Source of the DNA: Methylotenera oryzisoli
GTDB lineage: Bacteria; Pseudomonadota; Gammaproteobacteria; Burkholderiales; Methylophilaceae
Assembly: GCA_945872425.1 (NCBI GenBank)
Contig: CAMBZE010000003.1
Location: 938-64,937, forward strand
Length of the DNA: 64,000 nt
Reading direction: 5' to 3'
The notes below the pieces were generated by a model. That model ran no database searches and was not told where the DNA came from. It worked only from the letters and a program-made list of their open reading frames with translations. Position 1 is the stretch's first letter, and each line of letters starts with the position of its first letter. Shown here piece after piece: positions 20,226-31,115 of this stretch. The position numbers were made by a program, and so were the translations under genes.

Positions 20226-21578
20226 ATGTCTAGCCAATTGGCAGCTAAAGATTTACCGTCTTGGCTAAGCCACATTGAGCGTTTGCATCCGAAATCAATT
20301 GCAATGGGTTTGGAGCGGGTTAGGTGCGTTATTCAGCGGCTGGAATTACAGCTAAATTTCAAAATCATCACCGTTGCCGGCACCAACGGCAAAGGCTCAA
20401 CATGCGCAATGCTGGCTCAAATTTATTCGCAAGCCGGTTATTCTGTAGGTTGTTATACCTCGCCCCATTTGATGCGCTACAACGAACGCGTTCGCGTTAA
20501 CGGGAGGGAAGTCAGTGATGAGTCGCTTTGCGAAGCATTTGCCGCCGTTGAGGCTGCGCGACAGGATGGAGAATCAATCCCGCTGACTTATTTTGAAGTT
20601 GGCACCTTAGCCGCAATGTGGCATTTTACACAAGCTGATATTGATGTTGCGATTCTGGAAATTGGATTAGGTGGCAGGTTAGATGCAGTTAATGCCTTTG
20701 AACCCGATTGTTCTATTGTGACTAATGTTGATTTAGACCATCAAGAGTTTTTAGGCGATACGCGCGAGAAAATCGGTTTTGAAAAAGCTGGGGTATATCG
20801 TCAATCAGTCCCCGCAATTTGCGGCGACAATAATCCGCCACAAAGTTTAATGGATTATGCCCAGAAAATTCATGCTGATTTCAAGTGCATCAATCGTGAT
20901 TTCAATTATGTATTATCCGCATCGGGTTGGGACTATTGGTCACATGGGCAAGCGGTGTACACGCTGCCACTGCCTGCGCTGACTGGCCGTTATCAGCTTG
21001 ATAATGCTTCATGCGTAATAACAGCCGTTGAGTCTCTGCAAGCGAGTTTGCCGGTGACAACAGAATCTATTGCTAACGCAATGCAGCAAGTATCACTCGC
21101 CGGGCGCTTCCAAACCGTAGCCAAATCTCCTTGGATAATTTTAGATGTGGCACATAACCCGCATGCTGCAAAAGCGCTGGCTGAAAACCTTGTTACACTC
21201 AAAGTTGAGTCGAAAAACGAAAATCAGAGAAAAAATACCGATGGTAAAACCGTGGCAGTATTTGCAATGCTGGCAGATAAAGACATAAAAGGGGTTGTTA
21301 ATGCGGTCAAGAGCGAGATTGACGCCTGGTATGTCGCGAGTATTGATCATGCGCGTGGGGCATTAGCCCCCGATCTGGCTGTTATTATTGCTGAAGCCAG
21401 CCCAAGAGCTACAATTAAAATTTTCGATAGCGCCGCTGATGCCTGTAAGCAAGCACGTATTGATACAGAAGCCTGTATTGATAGAAATGAAAATGATAAA
21501 ATAGTGGCGTTTGGTTCATTTTTTACCGTTTCAAGTGTGATGCAATACCTGAACGAATACGAAAATACACATTTTTAA
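20226..21578 (+). CDS. folC: Dihydrofolate/folylpolyglutamate synthase (ATG 20226 likely)
   Basis: TVAGTNGKGST, YTSPHL, LEIGLGGRLDAVN, LDVAHNP, FGSF. Confidence 0.96.
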   Translation: MSSQLAAKDLPSWLSHIERLHPKSIAMGLERVRCVIQRLELQLNFKIITVAGTNGKGSTCAMLAQIYSQAGYSVGCYTSPHLMRYNERVRVNGREVSDESLCEAFAAVEAARQDGESIPLTYFEVGTLAAMWHFTQADIDVAILEIGLGGRLDAVNAFEPDCSIVTNVDLDHQEFLGDTREKIGFEKAGVYRQSVPAICGDNNPPQSLMDYAQKIHADFKCINRDFNYVLSASGWDYWSHGQAVYTLPLPALTGRYQLDNASCVITAVESLQASLPVTTESIANAMQQVSLAGRFQTVAKSPWIILDVAHNPHAAKALAENLVTLKVESKNENQRKNTDGKTVAVFAMLADKDIKGVVNAVKSEIDAWYVASIDHARGALAPDLAVIIAEASPRATIKIFDSAADACKQARIDTEACIDRNENDKIVAFGSFFTVSSVMQYLNEYENTHF

Positions 21579-21588
21579 GGACGCAGCA

Positions 21589-22197
21589 ATGCCCTCTGAC
21601 TTACCTAATGAACAAGAGCTGTTACTTAAAAAGCGCGCACATCGCCGACTGGTGGGTGCAATAGCACTCGTGCTGTTGATGGTAATTGTTCTGCCGCAAG
21701 TATTGCAAGATCGTGCTGCTATTACACAGCAAGAAGCCATCAAAATTACGATGTCTGATGCGGTTGATGAGCCTAACCTAGAACCTGCTACTGATAAGAA
21801 TTCTGTGGCTCTTCAGGAGGCTGAAGTTTTAGCGCCTCAGCAAGAAGTTGTTGTTAGTGTAGAACCTGCTATTGAAAATATCATTGCAAATAAAGACGTA
21901 GAAAATAACAAAACTGAGCCTAAAAAATCTGAAATCTCACAAGTTGCAGCTTCTCAAAACCAAAGCGAGTATTTCACGGTGCAAGTGGGTGTGTACTCAG
22001 ATGCTGCCAATGTAAAACGATTGCAAGATCAATTAAAGCAAGCAGGGTTTAACGCTTATACAGAAAAAATTATGACGCCAAAAGGTGAAAGTATTCGCCT
22101 TAAAGCTGGCAACTTTACATCACGTCAGGACGCAGTTAATGCGTTGGGCAAACTAAAAGCAATAGGGTTGTCGGGAGTTGTCATTGACAATGACTAA
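21589..22197 (+). CDS. dedD: SPOR-domain cell division protein DedD
   Basis: KRAHRRLVGAIAL followed by a TM segment, C-terminal SPOR (VQVGVYS...LKQAGF); folC-dedD-cvpA-purF synteny. Confidence 0.9.
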   Translation: MPSDLPNEQELLLKKRAHRRLVGAIALVLLMVIVLPQVLQDRAAITQQEAIKITMSDAVDEPNLEPATDKNSVALQEAEVLAPQQEVVVSVEPAIENIIANKDVENNKTEPKKSEISQVAASQNQSEYFTVQVGVYSDAANVKRLQDQLKQAGFNAYTEKIMTPKGESIRLKAGNFTSRQDAVNALGKLKAIGLSGVVIDND

Positions 22198-22224
22198 CGT
22201 TAAGGGAACACTGAGACAGTCGCA

Positions 22225-22716
22225 ATGACAAGTTTTGATTATGCTGTACTCACAATTGTAGGGCTTTCTGTCATATTTAGTGTAATGCGTGGTATGGCGA
22301 GAGAAGTGATTGCTATTTTAGGGTGGGTCGCTGCATTTTATGTAGCTAGAACCTATACCAATCAGCTTTTGCCCATGATGCCGGCAGATATTCCGACCGA
22401 ATCACTACGAGTGCTGGCCGCATTTTTGCTGCTTTTTCTGGCAACGCTGTTGCTGGCTAGCTTGTTAGGCATTGCAATCTCGGCAATTTTTAAAAAAATC
22501 GGACTAGGCTGGCTTAATCGGTTGTTAGGTGCCTTATTTGGCACGGTTCGTGGATTGCTTATTGTTTGTGTGCTGGTGTTTTTGGCAGGCCTTACTGAAA
22601 TACCCAAAGATGCTCGTTGGCGGAATGCGATGTTTAGCGCGCCAATTGAAGCCTTGGTGGTCAGCATGTTGCCATGGATACCTGAAAACATTGCTAAGTA
22701 TGTTAAATACGACTAA
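22225..22716 (+). CDS. cvpA: Colicin V production family membrane protein
   Basis: MTSFDYA, RGMAREV, NRLLGALFGTVRG. Confidence 0.93.
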   Translation: MTSFDYAVLTIVGLSVIFSVMRGMAREVIAILGWVAAFYVARTYTNQLLPMMPADIPTESLRVLAAFLLLFLATLLLASLLGIAISAIFKKIGLGWLNRLLGALFGTVRGLLIVCVLVFLAGLTEIPKDARWRNAMFSAPIEALVVSMLPWIPENIAKYVKYD

Positions 22717-22821
22717 ATTAACATCTTTAGATTTTCTTTTCACGGGCTTAAATAATGCCATTGAAAATATCTTTAAGTAATACAAAAAGTAATACAAAAT
22801 TAATCAGTTAAGGTTTTATTC

Positions 22822-24366
22822 ATGTGCGGAATTATAGGCATTGTAGGTAAAAATCCAGTTAACCAATTGTTGTATGATGGGTTGCTGGTGTTGCAGCACA
22901 GGGGGCAAGATGCCGCAGGTATCGTGACTTGTGATGGCAACACGTTTTTTATGCATAAAAATAACGGATTGGTCAAAGATGTATTTCAAACTCGCCATAT
23001 GCGTAGTTTGGTTGGCAATGCAGGTATTGCCCATGTGAGATACCCAACAGCAGGCTCTTCTAACGCAGCTGAAGCTCAGCCGTTTTATGTGAATTCACCG
23101 TTTGGTATCGTGTTAGGTCACAACGGTAATTTAACCAATTCCGAGCAGTTAAAATCAGAAATGTTCCGTCAAGATTTACGGCATATCAATACCAGTTCAG
23201 ATTCTGAAGTATTGCTTAACGTGCTGGCACACGAAATTGAAAAAACCTCGCGTAACGCAGTACTCAATACCGATATGGCTTTTGACGCAGTTGCTGGCGT
23301 ACATAAGCGTTGCAAAGGCGCGTATGCTGTTGTGGCGATGATTGCTAATTTTGGTTTGCTTGCATTCCGCGATCCCAATGGCATACGCCCATTGGTCATC
23401 GGCAAAGGCGAGACAGATAAAGGCACAGAGTATATCGTTGCTTCTGAGAGCGTGGCTTTGGATGTATTGGGTTTCAAAGTGTTGCGGGATGTTGAGCCTG
23501 GTGAGGCGATATTTATTGATATGGATGGCAATATGTATTCACGTCAGTGTGCCGAAGATGCAAAATTGAATCCATGTATTTTTGAATATGTTTATTTGGC
23601 GCGACCTGATTCAGTCATTGATGGCGTTTCTGTCTATCAGACACGCTTAGACATGGGTAAAAGTCTGGCTGAAAAAATTAAGCGCGAATGGTCAGATAAA
23701 AAAATCGATGTGGTGATTCCGATTCCTGATACTAGCCGTCCTAGCGCACTGCAAGTCGGCATCGCTTTGGGGTTGGATTATCGCGAAGGATTTATTAAAA
23801 ATCGTTATATTGGCCGCACGTTCATTATGCCAGGCCAAGCATTACGTAAAAAATCCGTACGCCAAAAACTTAATCCGATTGGCATTGAGTTTAAAGGAAA
23901 AAACGTCTTGCTAGTGGATGATTCGATTGTACGCGGCACTACGTCTCAACAAATTGTTCAAATGGCACGTGATGCAGGCGCTAATAAAGTGTATTTTGCT
24001 TCTGCAGCACCGCCTGTGCGTTTCCCCAATGTCTATGGTATTGATATGCCAAGTCGCGATGAATTGCTGGCAACGGGTCGTACCGATGAAGAAATTTGCA
24101 AGGAAATAGGTGCTGATGCGCTGATTTACCAGGATTTAGATGCATTGGTGGCTGGCATTAAATTAAGTAATCCAAAAATCAAAGCCTTTGATTGTTCTTG
24201 TTTTGATGGAAAATATGTCACGGGCGATATCAGTGAAGCCTATTTTGCTAAAATTGAATCTGCGCGGGGCGATGGCAAAAAAAACCTGAATCAGACAAAC
24301 TCAAGCACTCAGTTGGATCTGAACTTGCTTAATGTCAATGAACTGGAGTTGGAAGATGGCGCGTAG
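22822..24366 (+). CDS. purF: Amidophosphoribosyltransferase
   Basis: N-terminal [33 protein letters not shown]. Confidence 0.98.
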   Translation: MCGIIGIVGKNPVNQLLYDGLLVLQHRGQDAAGIVTCDGNTFFMHKNNGLVKDVFQTRHMRSLVGNAGIAHVRYPTAGSSNAAEAQPFYVNSPFGIVLGHNGNLTNSEQLKSEMFRQDLRHINTSSDSEVLLNVLAHEIEKTSRNAVLNTDMAFDAVAGVHKRCKGAYAVVAMIANFGLLAFRDPNGIRPLVIGKGETDKGTEYIVASESVALDVLGFKVLRDVEPGEAIFIDMDGNMYSRQCAEDAKLNPCIFEYVYLARPDSVIDGVSVYQTRLDMGKSLAEKIKREWSDKKIDVVIPIPDTSRPSALQVGIALGLDYREGFIKNRYIGRTFIMPGQALRKKSVRQKLNPIGIEFKGKNVLLVDDSIVRGTTSQQIVQMARDAGANKVYFASAAPPVRFPNVYGIDMPSRDELLATGRTDEEICKEIGADALIYQDLDALVAGIKLSNPKIKAFDCSCFDGKYVTGDISEAYFAKIESARGDGKKNLNQTNSSTQLDLNLLNVNELELEDGA

Positions 24367-24371
24367 GCTTA

Positions 24372-24527
24372 AGGAAACCCTGTGCCCATCAGGGTTGCGA
24401 TAAATTTGCGTGCTTACGTATGTGTGCTCCTTGGCTTCGTAGAATAACTACGACCTGCGTCGCACGCCGCGCAATCATCACAAATTTATTCGCAACGTGG
24501 CTCATGGTGATTTAATCAGTGCTTCCT
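24372..24527. mobile_element. 156-bp MITE-like element (family B) with nested palindromes
   Basis: Terminal imperfect inverted repeats aggaaaccctg / cagtgcttcct. Inner arms ttgcgataaatttg / caaatttattcgcaa and central hairpin tcgtag-aataa-ctacga. The right ~30 bp recur as an exact reverse complement at ~45600-45629. Confidence 0.65.
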
Positions 24528-24573
24528 TAGAGTAGTAAGCGATCAACATGAATTGTTTTAGCTTATTTTATGC

Positions 24574-24602
24574 TTGACTCTGTTTTAACTTGGGTCTACC
24601 AT
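24574..24602 (+). promoter_or_regulatory. sigma70-type promoter of the metZ leader
   Basis: TTGACT-N17-TACCAT; the predicted start site (~24609) coincides with the 5' end of the riboswitch P1. Confidence 0.7.
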
Positions 24603-24605
24603 GAA

Positions 24606-24686
24606 AATGCGCTGATTTGAGTTTGCCAACATTAATCAAGGCCACACTCAGCTTGCGGGCGCATTATAAACACAGCTAAAGCGAGT
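24606..24686 (+). ncRNA. SAM-II (SAM-alpha-type) riboswitch
   Basis: P1 aatgcgc/gcgcatt, conserved GCGCTGATTT, TTGC, ATAAA and AGCTAAA segments of the SAM-II pattern, a variable inserted hairpin, and position upstream of metZ. Confidence 0.85.
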
Positions 24687-24694
24687 AAAAAAAG

Positions 24695-24730
24695 AACCCG
24701 CTTTGGCACATTGCTTGAGCGGGTTTTTTT
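24695..24730 (+). terminator. Intrinsic terminator, expression platform of the SAM-II riboswitch
   Basis: aacccgct...agcgggtt stem followed by a T tract. Confidence 0.8.
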
Positions 24731-24754
24731 ATGCCCGGAATAATTGAGATGATT

Positions 24755-25942
24755 ATGAACAAACTACAATTTTACCCAGAAACATTAAGCGTGCGTGCTG
24801 GTAGTGAGTCCACTGAATTTGGCGAGAACTCCGAAGCATTGTTTTTAAATTCCAGCTTTAGATTTAAGAGTGCGGCACAAGCGGCGGCTCGCTTTGGCGG
24901 TACAGAGCCGGGAAATATCTATTCGCGTTTTACTAATCCCACGGTGACCATGTTTCAAAATAAACTGGCGGCGTTGGAGGGGGCTGAGCAATGTGTGGCA
25001 ACATCCAGTGGGATGTCTGCGATTTTAGCGTGCGTCATGGGCTTGTGTTCAGCTGGTGATCATGTGGTAGCTTCACGTAGTATTTTTGGCACTAGCGTGC
25101 AGTTATTTGGCAACATTCTAAAACGCTGGGGTTTGGAGGTAACGTTTGTTTCATTGACCAATCCTGATGAGTGGCAGGCGGCAGTCACGCCAAAAACCAA
25201 GCTGTTTTTTGTGGAAACGCCTTCTAATCCGTTAACGGAAGTATGTGATATTCGAGTACTCGCTGATATTGCTCATCAAGCAGGCGCACATTTGGTCGTG
25301 GATAACTGCTTTTGCACGCCAGCTATTCAGCAGCCGTTAGCACTGGGGGCTGATGTTGTGATTCATTCAGCCACTAAATATATCGACGGCCAGGGCAGAT
25401 GTTTAGGTGGCGCAGTGTTGGGTTCCAAAGTGTTGATGGAGCCTGTGTATGGTTTTTTACGTACAGCGGGCGTTACCATGAGCGCATTTAATGCATGGGT
25501 GTTCTTAAAAGGGTTGGAAACGCTATATATCCGCATGGAAGCACATGCCAGGAATGCTTTGGCATTGGCCACCTGGCTGGAGGCGCAGCCTCAGGTGGCG
25601 CAGGTGTATTACCCTGGCTTAGAGTCTCACCCACAGCATGCGTTGGCGATGCGCCAGCAAACCAATGGCGGTGGCATTGTTACTTTTGAGGTTAAACCAA
25701 AGTCAGGTCAAACCCCACAGGAGGCGGCTTGGGCGCTGATTGATGCCACGCAGTTGATTTCAATCACTGCTAATTTAGGCGATGCGAAGAGTACCATTAC
25801 GCATCCGGCGACCACGACGCACAGTCGCGTAACCCCAGAAGCGCGTGCAGCAGCTGGTATTAGCGATGGCTTGGTAAGAATTGCCGTAGGTTTGGAGCAT
25901 ATTGAAGACTTGAAGGCGGATTTGGTTTTGCTGACAAAATAA
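24755..25942 (+). CDS. metZ: O-succinylhomoserine sulfhydrylase (ATG 24755 or 24749 more likely than 24731)
   Basis: YSRFTNPTV, ATSSGMSAI, VETPSNP, VVDNCF, HSATKYIDGQGR (PLP Lys), NLGDAKSTITHPATTTH. Confidence 0.95.
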   Translation: MNKLQFYPETLSVRAGSESTEFGENSEALFLNSSFRFKSAAQAAARFGGTEPGNIYSRFTNPTVTMFQNKLAALEGAEQCVATSSGMSAILACVMGLCSAGDHVVASRSIFGTSVQLFGNILKRWGLEVTFVSLTNPDEWQAAVTPKTKLFFVETPSNPLTEVCDIRVLADIAHQAGAHLVVDNCFCTPAIQQPLALGADVVIHSATKYIDGQGRCLGGAVLGSKVLMEPVYGFLRTAGVTMSAFNAWVFLKGLETLYIRMEAHARNALALATWLEAQPQVAQVYYPGLESHPQHALAMRQQTNGGGIVTFEVKPKSGQTPQEAAWALIDATQLISITANLGDAKSTITHPATTTHSRVTPEARAAAGISDGLVRIAVGLEHIEDLKADLVLLTK

Positions 25943-25983
25943 CGTTACAAATCAATAAAACCAGTCGCCAATGTGTAAATTTG

Positions 25984-26009
25984 AATAGGGTACTTGTTAC
26001 CCTATTTTT
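25984..26009 (+). terminator. Intrinsic terminator after metZ
   Basis: aatagggta-cttgt-taccctatt followed by T residues. Confidence 0.7.
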
Positions 26010-26111
26010 ACATTGAGAAACTATGTTAAAAGTATGGTTAAAACCGTTAATTTACGGGCTAATCATGCTAAAATTTGTGCCATATAAAAATCATTAAAAG
26101 TTAGTTGGAAC

Positions 26112-28655
26112 ATGGATCAATTCGCGAAAGAAACTCTCCCGATTAGTTTAGAAGACGAGATGCGTCGGTCTTACCTTGATTACGCCATGAGCGTAATTGT
26201 GGGTCGTGCGTTACCCGACGTGCGCGATGGTTTGAAACCTGTGCATAGGCGCGTTTTATTTGCGATGCATGAGCTATCTAATGACTACAATAAGCCTTAC
26301 AAAAAATCGGCACGTATCGTGGGTGATGTCATCGGTAAGTACCATCCGCATGGCGATACCGCTGTTTACGACACCATCGTGCGCATGGCGCAAGACTTCT
26401 CTCTGCGTTATATGCTGGTCGATGGTCAAGGCAACTTCGGTTCAGTGGATGGAGATAATGCGGCAGCGATGCGTTATACCGAAATCCGTATGGCGAAAAT
26501 CGCACATGAGCTGTTAGCGGATATTGATAAAGAAACCGTGGATTTTGGCCCGAATTATGACGGTTCTGAACATGAGCCGCTCATCATGCCGGCACGCATT
26601 CCAAATCTGCTGATTAACGGTAGCTCCGGCATTGCGGTGGGGATGGCAACTAACATCCCGCCGCATAACTTAAATGAAGTGCTGGATGCCTGTTTTGCCT
26701 TGCTTAAAAATCCTGAAACTGGCATTGAAGAGTTGATTGAACTGGTGCCTGCACCTGACTTTCCGACTGCAGGTATCATTTACGGTACAGTTGGGGTTAA
26801 AGAAGGTTACCGCACAGGTCGTGGCCGTGTGGTGATGCGTGGCCGCACCCATGTGGAAGATATGGATAAGAGCGGTCGTCAGATGTTGATCGTGGACGAG
26901 TTGCCGTACCAGGTAAACAAAAAAACCTTTGTTGAAAAAATTGCCGAGTTAGTCAACGAGAAGAAAATCGAGGGTATTTCTGATTTGCGCGATGAGTCAG
27001 ATAAATCAGGCATGCGCGTAGTGATTGAGCTGAAACGCGGCGAAATTCCTGAAGTGATTTTGAATAACCTGTATAAGCAAACGCAGTTGCAGGATACGTT
27101 CGGCATGAACATGGTGGCTTTGTTAGATGGTCAGCCACGCCTGCTGAATTTGAAGCAAATGCTGGAGGCGTTCTTACGTCATCGCCGTGAAGTGGTAACA
27201 CGTCGCACTGTGTTTGAGTTGAAAAAAGCACGCGGTCGTGGACATGTGTTAGAAGGTCTAGCCGTTGCATTGGCAAACGTCGATGAAATGATTGCCATCA
27301 TTAAAGCGGCGCCAACGCCACCAGAAGCCAAAGTGGATTTGATGGCGAAAGCCTGGCACTCACCTGTGGTTGAAGAAATGCTCAAACGTGCAGCGATGGA
27401 AGCAGCGCGACCAGAAGGCTTAAGCGTTGATTTTGGTTTAACGCCAAAAGGTTACAAACTGAGCGACCTGCAAGCGCAGGAAATCTTGCAAATGCGCTTG
27501 CAACGCTTGACTGGGCTTGAGCAAGGCAAGATTGTGAGTGAATATAAAGAGGTGATGGATGTCATTGCTGATTTGCTGGATATTTTAGCAACACCATCAC
27601 GTGTGACCACTATCATCACGGATGAATTGACCGAAATTAGAAAACAATTCGGTGATCAACGTCGCAGTGAGATTGTGGTCAATGCGCAGGATTTGTCGCT
27701 GGAAGATTTAATCACGCCAACGGATGTTGTTGTGACGTTATCGCACACCGGTTATATTAAATCCCAGCCCTTAGACGAATACCGTGCGCAAAGACGCGGT
27801 GGGCGCGGCAAACAGGCTGCGGCCACAAAAGAAGACGACTTTATTGACAAGATGTTCGTCGCAAATACGCATGATTACATTCTATGCTTCTCAAGCCGTG
27901 GTCGTGTGTACTGGCTCAAGGTTTACGAAGTACCGCAAGGTAGCCGCACCAGTCGTGGCAAGCCCATTGTTAACCTATTCCCGTTAGAAGAAGGTGAAAA
28001 AATCAACGCTATTCTTTCAGTAAAAGAGTTCGATGAAAATCACTTCATTTTCATGGCAACCGCATTGGGTACCGTGAAGAAAACGGCGCTAACTGAATTT
28101 GCCAACCCACGTAAATCGGGCATTATCGCCATCAATTTAGATGACGGTGACTATTTGATTGGTGCAGAAGTCACCAATGGTGCCAATGATATTGTGTTGG
28201 TCTCTAACGGCGGCAAGGCTGTGTGGTTCGACGAGGAAGAAGTGCGTCAAATGGGGCGCGCAACACGTGGTGTTCGCGGCATGAAGTTGTCTGCTAAACA
28301 GCGAGTGCTGTCATTGTTGATCGCCGATGATGATAAGCAAACAGTGTTGGTGGCTACTGAAAATGGTTACGGCAAACGCACGGTACTTGCAGACTTCCGT
28401 CATTCTGGTCGTGGCACGCAAGGGGTGAAAGCGATTGCCGTGAGCGAGCGTAACGGTCTGGTGGTTGCTGCCAAACTTGTGAATGATGATGATGAAATCA
28501 TGCTGATTACCACTGGTGGGGTATTGATCCGTACGCGTGTGAAAGAGATTCGTGAATTGGGTCGTGCAACGCAAGGCGTAACGCTGATCAATTTGGGCGA
28601 AGGCGAAAAACTATCCGGTATTGAGAAAATTGTTGAAACGGATGACGAAGAATAA
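26112..28655 (+). CDS. gyrA: DNA gyrase subunit A
   Basis: [20 protein letters not shown] (catalytic Tyr), GyrA-box QRRGGRG, C-terminal beta-pinwheel repeats. Confidence 0.99.
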   Translation: MDQFAKETLPISLEDEMRRSYLDYAMSVIVGRALPDVRDGLKPVHRRVLFAMHELSNDYNKPYKKSARIVGDVIGKYHPHGDTAVYDTIVRMAQDFSLRYMLVDGQGNFGSVDGDNAAAMRYTEIRMAKIAHELLADIDKETVDFGPNYDGSEHEPLIMPARIPNLLINGSSGIAVGMATNIPPHNLNEVLDACFALLKNPETGIEELIELVPAPDFPTAGIIYGTVGVKEGYRTGRGRVVMRGRTHVEDMDKSGRQMLIVDELPYQVNKKTFVEKIAELVNEKKIEGISDLRDESDKSGMRVVIELKRGEIPEVILNNLYKQTQLQDTFGMNMVALLDGQPRLLNLKQMLEAFLRHRREVVTRRTVFELKKARGRGHVLEGLAVALANVDEMIAIIKAAPTPPEAKVDLMAKAWHSPVVEEMLKRAAMEAARPEGLSVDFGLTPKGYKLSDLQAQEILQMRLQRLTGLEQGKIVSEYKEVMDVIADLLDILATPSRVTTIITDELTEIRKQFGDQRRSEIVVNAQDLSLEDLITPTDVVVTLSHTGYIKSQPLDEYRAQRRGGRGKQAAATKEDDFIDKMFVANTHDYILCFSSRGRVYWLKVYEVPQGSRTSRGKPIVNLFPLEEGEKINAILSVKEFDENHFIFMATALGTVKKTALTEFANPRKSGIIAINLDDGDYLIGAEVTNGANDIVLVSNGGKAVWFDEEEVRQMGRATRGVRGMKLSAKQRVLSLLIADDDKQTVLVATENGYGKRTVLADFRHSGRGTQGVKAIAVSERNGLVVAAKLVNDDDEIMLITTGGVLIRTRVKEIRELGRATQGVTLINLGEGEKLSGIEKIVETDDEE

Positions 28656-28667
28656 TAAATTGTTTTA

Positions 28668-28882
28668 GCCACAGATAAACAGATAAACACGGATATACAC
28701 AGATTAAACCAATGGAGCCTGGTATTCCAAATACATAGGAAACTTTATTGAGTTCAAAGAATTGTCCGATTGTCATTCCAGCCATTCGCTGGAATGGCTG
28801 AGTTTGATTTTTTATTAAAAATTGCAGCGTATTTCACACCGCGCAAAGCTCTCTTAATGATTTATCTGTGTTCATCTGTGGC
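28668..28882. repeat. 215-bp element bounded by gccacagat(a/g)aac... decamer-based inverted repeats (family C)
   Basis: Left: gccacagataaacagataaacacggatatacacagat. Right: atctgtgttcatctgtggc. Internal hairpin gtcattccagc-cattc-gctggaatggc at 28772-28798. Confidence 0.7.
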
Positions 28883-28910
28883 ACATATTTTTTGATGTTG
28901 AATTAAATAA

Positions 28911-29987
28911 ATGACAAAAATCTATAATTTCTCCGCAGGCCCTGCGGTCTTACCTAAACCTGTACTGGAGCGTGCGCAAGCAGAGATGCTGGATTGGCAC
29001 GGTTCTGGTATGAGCGTGATGGAGATGTCGCACCGTGGCAAAGAATTCACGGCGATATTGGCTAAAACTGAAGCGGATCTACGTGCACTGTTAAATATTC
29101 CGCAAAACTACAAGGTATTATTTTTGCAAGGTGGTGCAATCGCTGAAAATGCAATCATTCCAATGAACTTGCTCAATGGCGGTGAGGCTGATTATGTGGT
29201 GACAGGCGCATGGTCCAAGCGTAGCGTAGAGGATGCAAGCGCCTACGGCAAAATCAACGTGGTGGCGAGCAGTGAAGCGGATAAATTTACCCATGTACCA
29301 GCCTATGCAAGCTGGAAATTAAATAAAAACGCCGCCTATTTACATATCTGCACCAATGAAACGATCAATGGTGTAGAGTTTGAAGGAATTCCTGATGCTG
29401 GTGATGTGCCGATTGTTGCTGATATGTCTTCGCACATACTTTCACGGTCGGTTGATGTCAGCCAATATGGCGTCATTTACGGTGGCGCACAAAAAAACAT
29501 CGGTCCGGCAGGTTTGTGTATTGTCATTGTGCGTGAGGATTTATTGGGTAGGGCATCGCCTTTGACTCCAGCCGTGTTTAACTGGAAAACGCAGTCTGAA
29601 AATCAATCCATGATCAATACACCACCGACCTACAGCATCTACATGGCTGGTTTGGTATTTGAGTGGCTGTTGGCGCAGGGTGGGGTGGAAGCGATTGAAC
29701 AGATTAATATCAAAAAAGCCAATTTGCTTTATGATTATATTGATAGCACTGATTTTTATACCAATAATATTGCAATCAATAATCGCTCACGCATGAATAT
29801 ACCTTTTTTCCTGCGCGATGAATCATTGAATGATGCTTTTCTAAAAGGAGCCGAAGCGAACGGCTTATTGCAATTAAAAGGTCATCGTATGGTAGGTGGT
29901 ATGCGTGCATCTATCTATAATGCTATGCCAATAGAGGGTGTACAGGCTTTGATAAGCTATATGAAAACATTTGAAAAAGCACACTAA
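28911..29987 (+). CDS. serC: Phosphoserine aminotransferase
   Basis: YNFSAGPAVLP, SHRGKEF, ADMSS, GAQKNIGPAG, GHRMVGGMRASIYNAMP. Confidence 0.98.
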   Translation: MTKIYNFSAGPAVLPKPVLERAQAEMLDWHGSGMSVMEMSHRGKEFTAILAKTEADLRALLNIPQNYKVLFLQGGAIAENAIIPMNLLNGGEADYVVTGAWSKRSVEDASAYGKINVVASSEADKFTHVPAYASWKLNKNAAYLHICTNETINGVEFEGIPDAGDVPIVADMSSHILSRSVDVSQYGVIYGGAQKNIGPAGLCIVIVREDLLGRASPLTPAVFNWKTQSENQSMINTPPTYSIYMAGLVFEWLLAQGGVEAIEQINIKKANLLYDYIDSTDFYTNNIAINNRSRMNIPFFLRDESLNDAFLKGAEANGLLQLKGHRMVGGMRASIYNAMPIEGVQALISYMKTFEKAH

Positions 29988-29989
29988 AA

Positions 29990-31087
29990 ATGTCAAATCA
30001 ACAACCATCCAATCAATTAAAACAACATCGCAATCAAATAGATGCCATTGATGAGCAAATACTTGAGCTGGTCAATAAGCGTGCCAGTCATGCGCGTCAT
30101 ATTGGCGAACTTAAAGATGACGGTGTTATTTATCGACCGGAGCGTGAAGCGCAAATATTAAGACGTTTGGCTGAAATGAATACCGGACCATTGCCAGCTG
30201 AGGCGGTAACCAATATCTTTCGCAGTATTATGTCTAATTGCCGTGCGCTGGAAAAAGAACTGACGATCGCATTTTTGGGGCCATTAGGCACGTATAGCGA
30301 AGAAGCGGCGCTGAAACAATTCGGTCAAGGTAGAGGCGCCGTAGTCTGCGGGTCTATTGATGAAGTGTTTCGTACTGTAGAGGCAGGGCAGGCGGACTAC
30401 GGGATTGTGCCTGTAGAAAACTCTAATGAAGGTGCCGTTGGGTTAACGCTGGATTTATTGTTAACTAGCTCATTAAAGATATGTGGCGAGGTGACGATTC
30501 CTGTGCATCATTGCCTGTTATCGGCTCAAGCTGATATTCATGAAATCAGCCATATTTTTTCGCATGCACAATCTCTTTCGCAGTGCCATGAGTGGCTTAA
30601 TCGAGTTTTGCCCAACGTCACTCGTGAAGCAGTAGTGAGTAATGCACGCGCGGCGCAAATGGCGCATGAGCTTGTCACTACAGAAAATACCTTTGTAGCT
30701 GCGATTGCCAGCAAGCGCGCAGCCGAGTTGTTTGGGCTTAACATCCTGGCTGAAAACATTGAGGACGACACTAAAAACACAACACGTTTTCTAGTGCTGT
30801 CAGCGCATGGTGTAGCGGCCTCTGGTAAAGATAAAACATCACTTGTAATGGCTGCAAAAAACCAACCAGGTGCTGTTTTGGAACTGCTTGCGCCATTAGC
30901 CGCGCATGGGGTGAGTATGACCAAGTTTGAATCCAGGCCATCCAAAATCGGAATGTGGGAATATGTGTTTTATGTCGATATTGAAGGGCACGAACAAGAT
31001 CCGCATGTGGCTGCGGCAATCAAGGACATTGAAGTTTGCGCGTCCTATTTGAAAAAATTAGGCTCTTATCCGCTAGCGCTGCTGTGA
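29990..31087 (+). CDS. pheA: Chorismate mutase/prephenate dehydratase (P-protein)
   Basis: AroQ domain (RNQIDAID...RPERE), PVENSNEG, NTTRF, ACT domain ESRPS. Confidence 0.97.
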   Translation: MSNQQPSNQLKQHRNQIDAIDEQILELVNKRASHARHIGELKDDGVIYRPEREAQILRRLAEMNTGPLPAEAVTNIFRSIMSNCRALEKELTIAFLGPLGTYSEEAALKQFGQGRGAVVCGSIDEVFRTVEAGQADYGIVPVENSNEGAVGLTLDLLLTSSLKICGEVTIPVHHCLLSAQADIHEISHIFSHAQSLSQCHEWLNRVLPNVTREAVVSNARAAQMAHELVTTENTFVAAIASKRAAELFGLNILAENIEDDTKNTTRFLVLSAHGVAASGKDKTSLVMAAKNQPGAVLELLAPLAAHGVSMTKFESRPSKIGMWEYVFYVDIEGHEQDPHVAAAIKDIEVCASYLKKLGSYPLALL

Positions 31088-31115
31088 TGATATTGCGCTT
31101 TTAACGCTCACAAAA

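Noticed and set aside
22201-22215. taagggaacactgag resembling one end of MITE family B
   Set aside because: A single short imperfect match with no partner arm.
28588-28785. 65-aa minus-strand ORF containing RMAGM, reminiscent of DUF86/HEPN
   Set aside because: The motif is produced by the palindromic hairpin, the ORF overlaps the gyrA end, and there is no R-x4-6-H motif.
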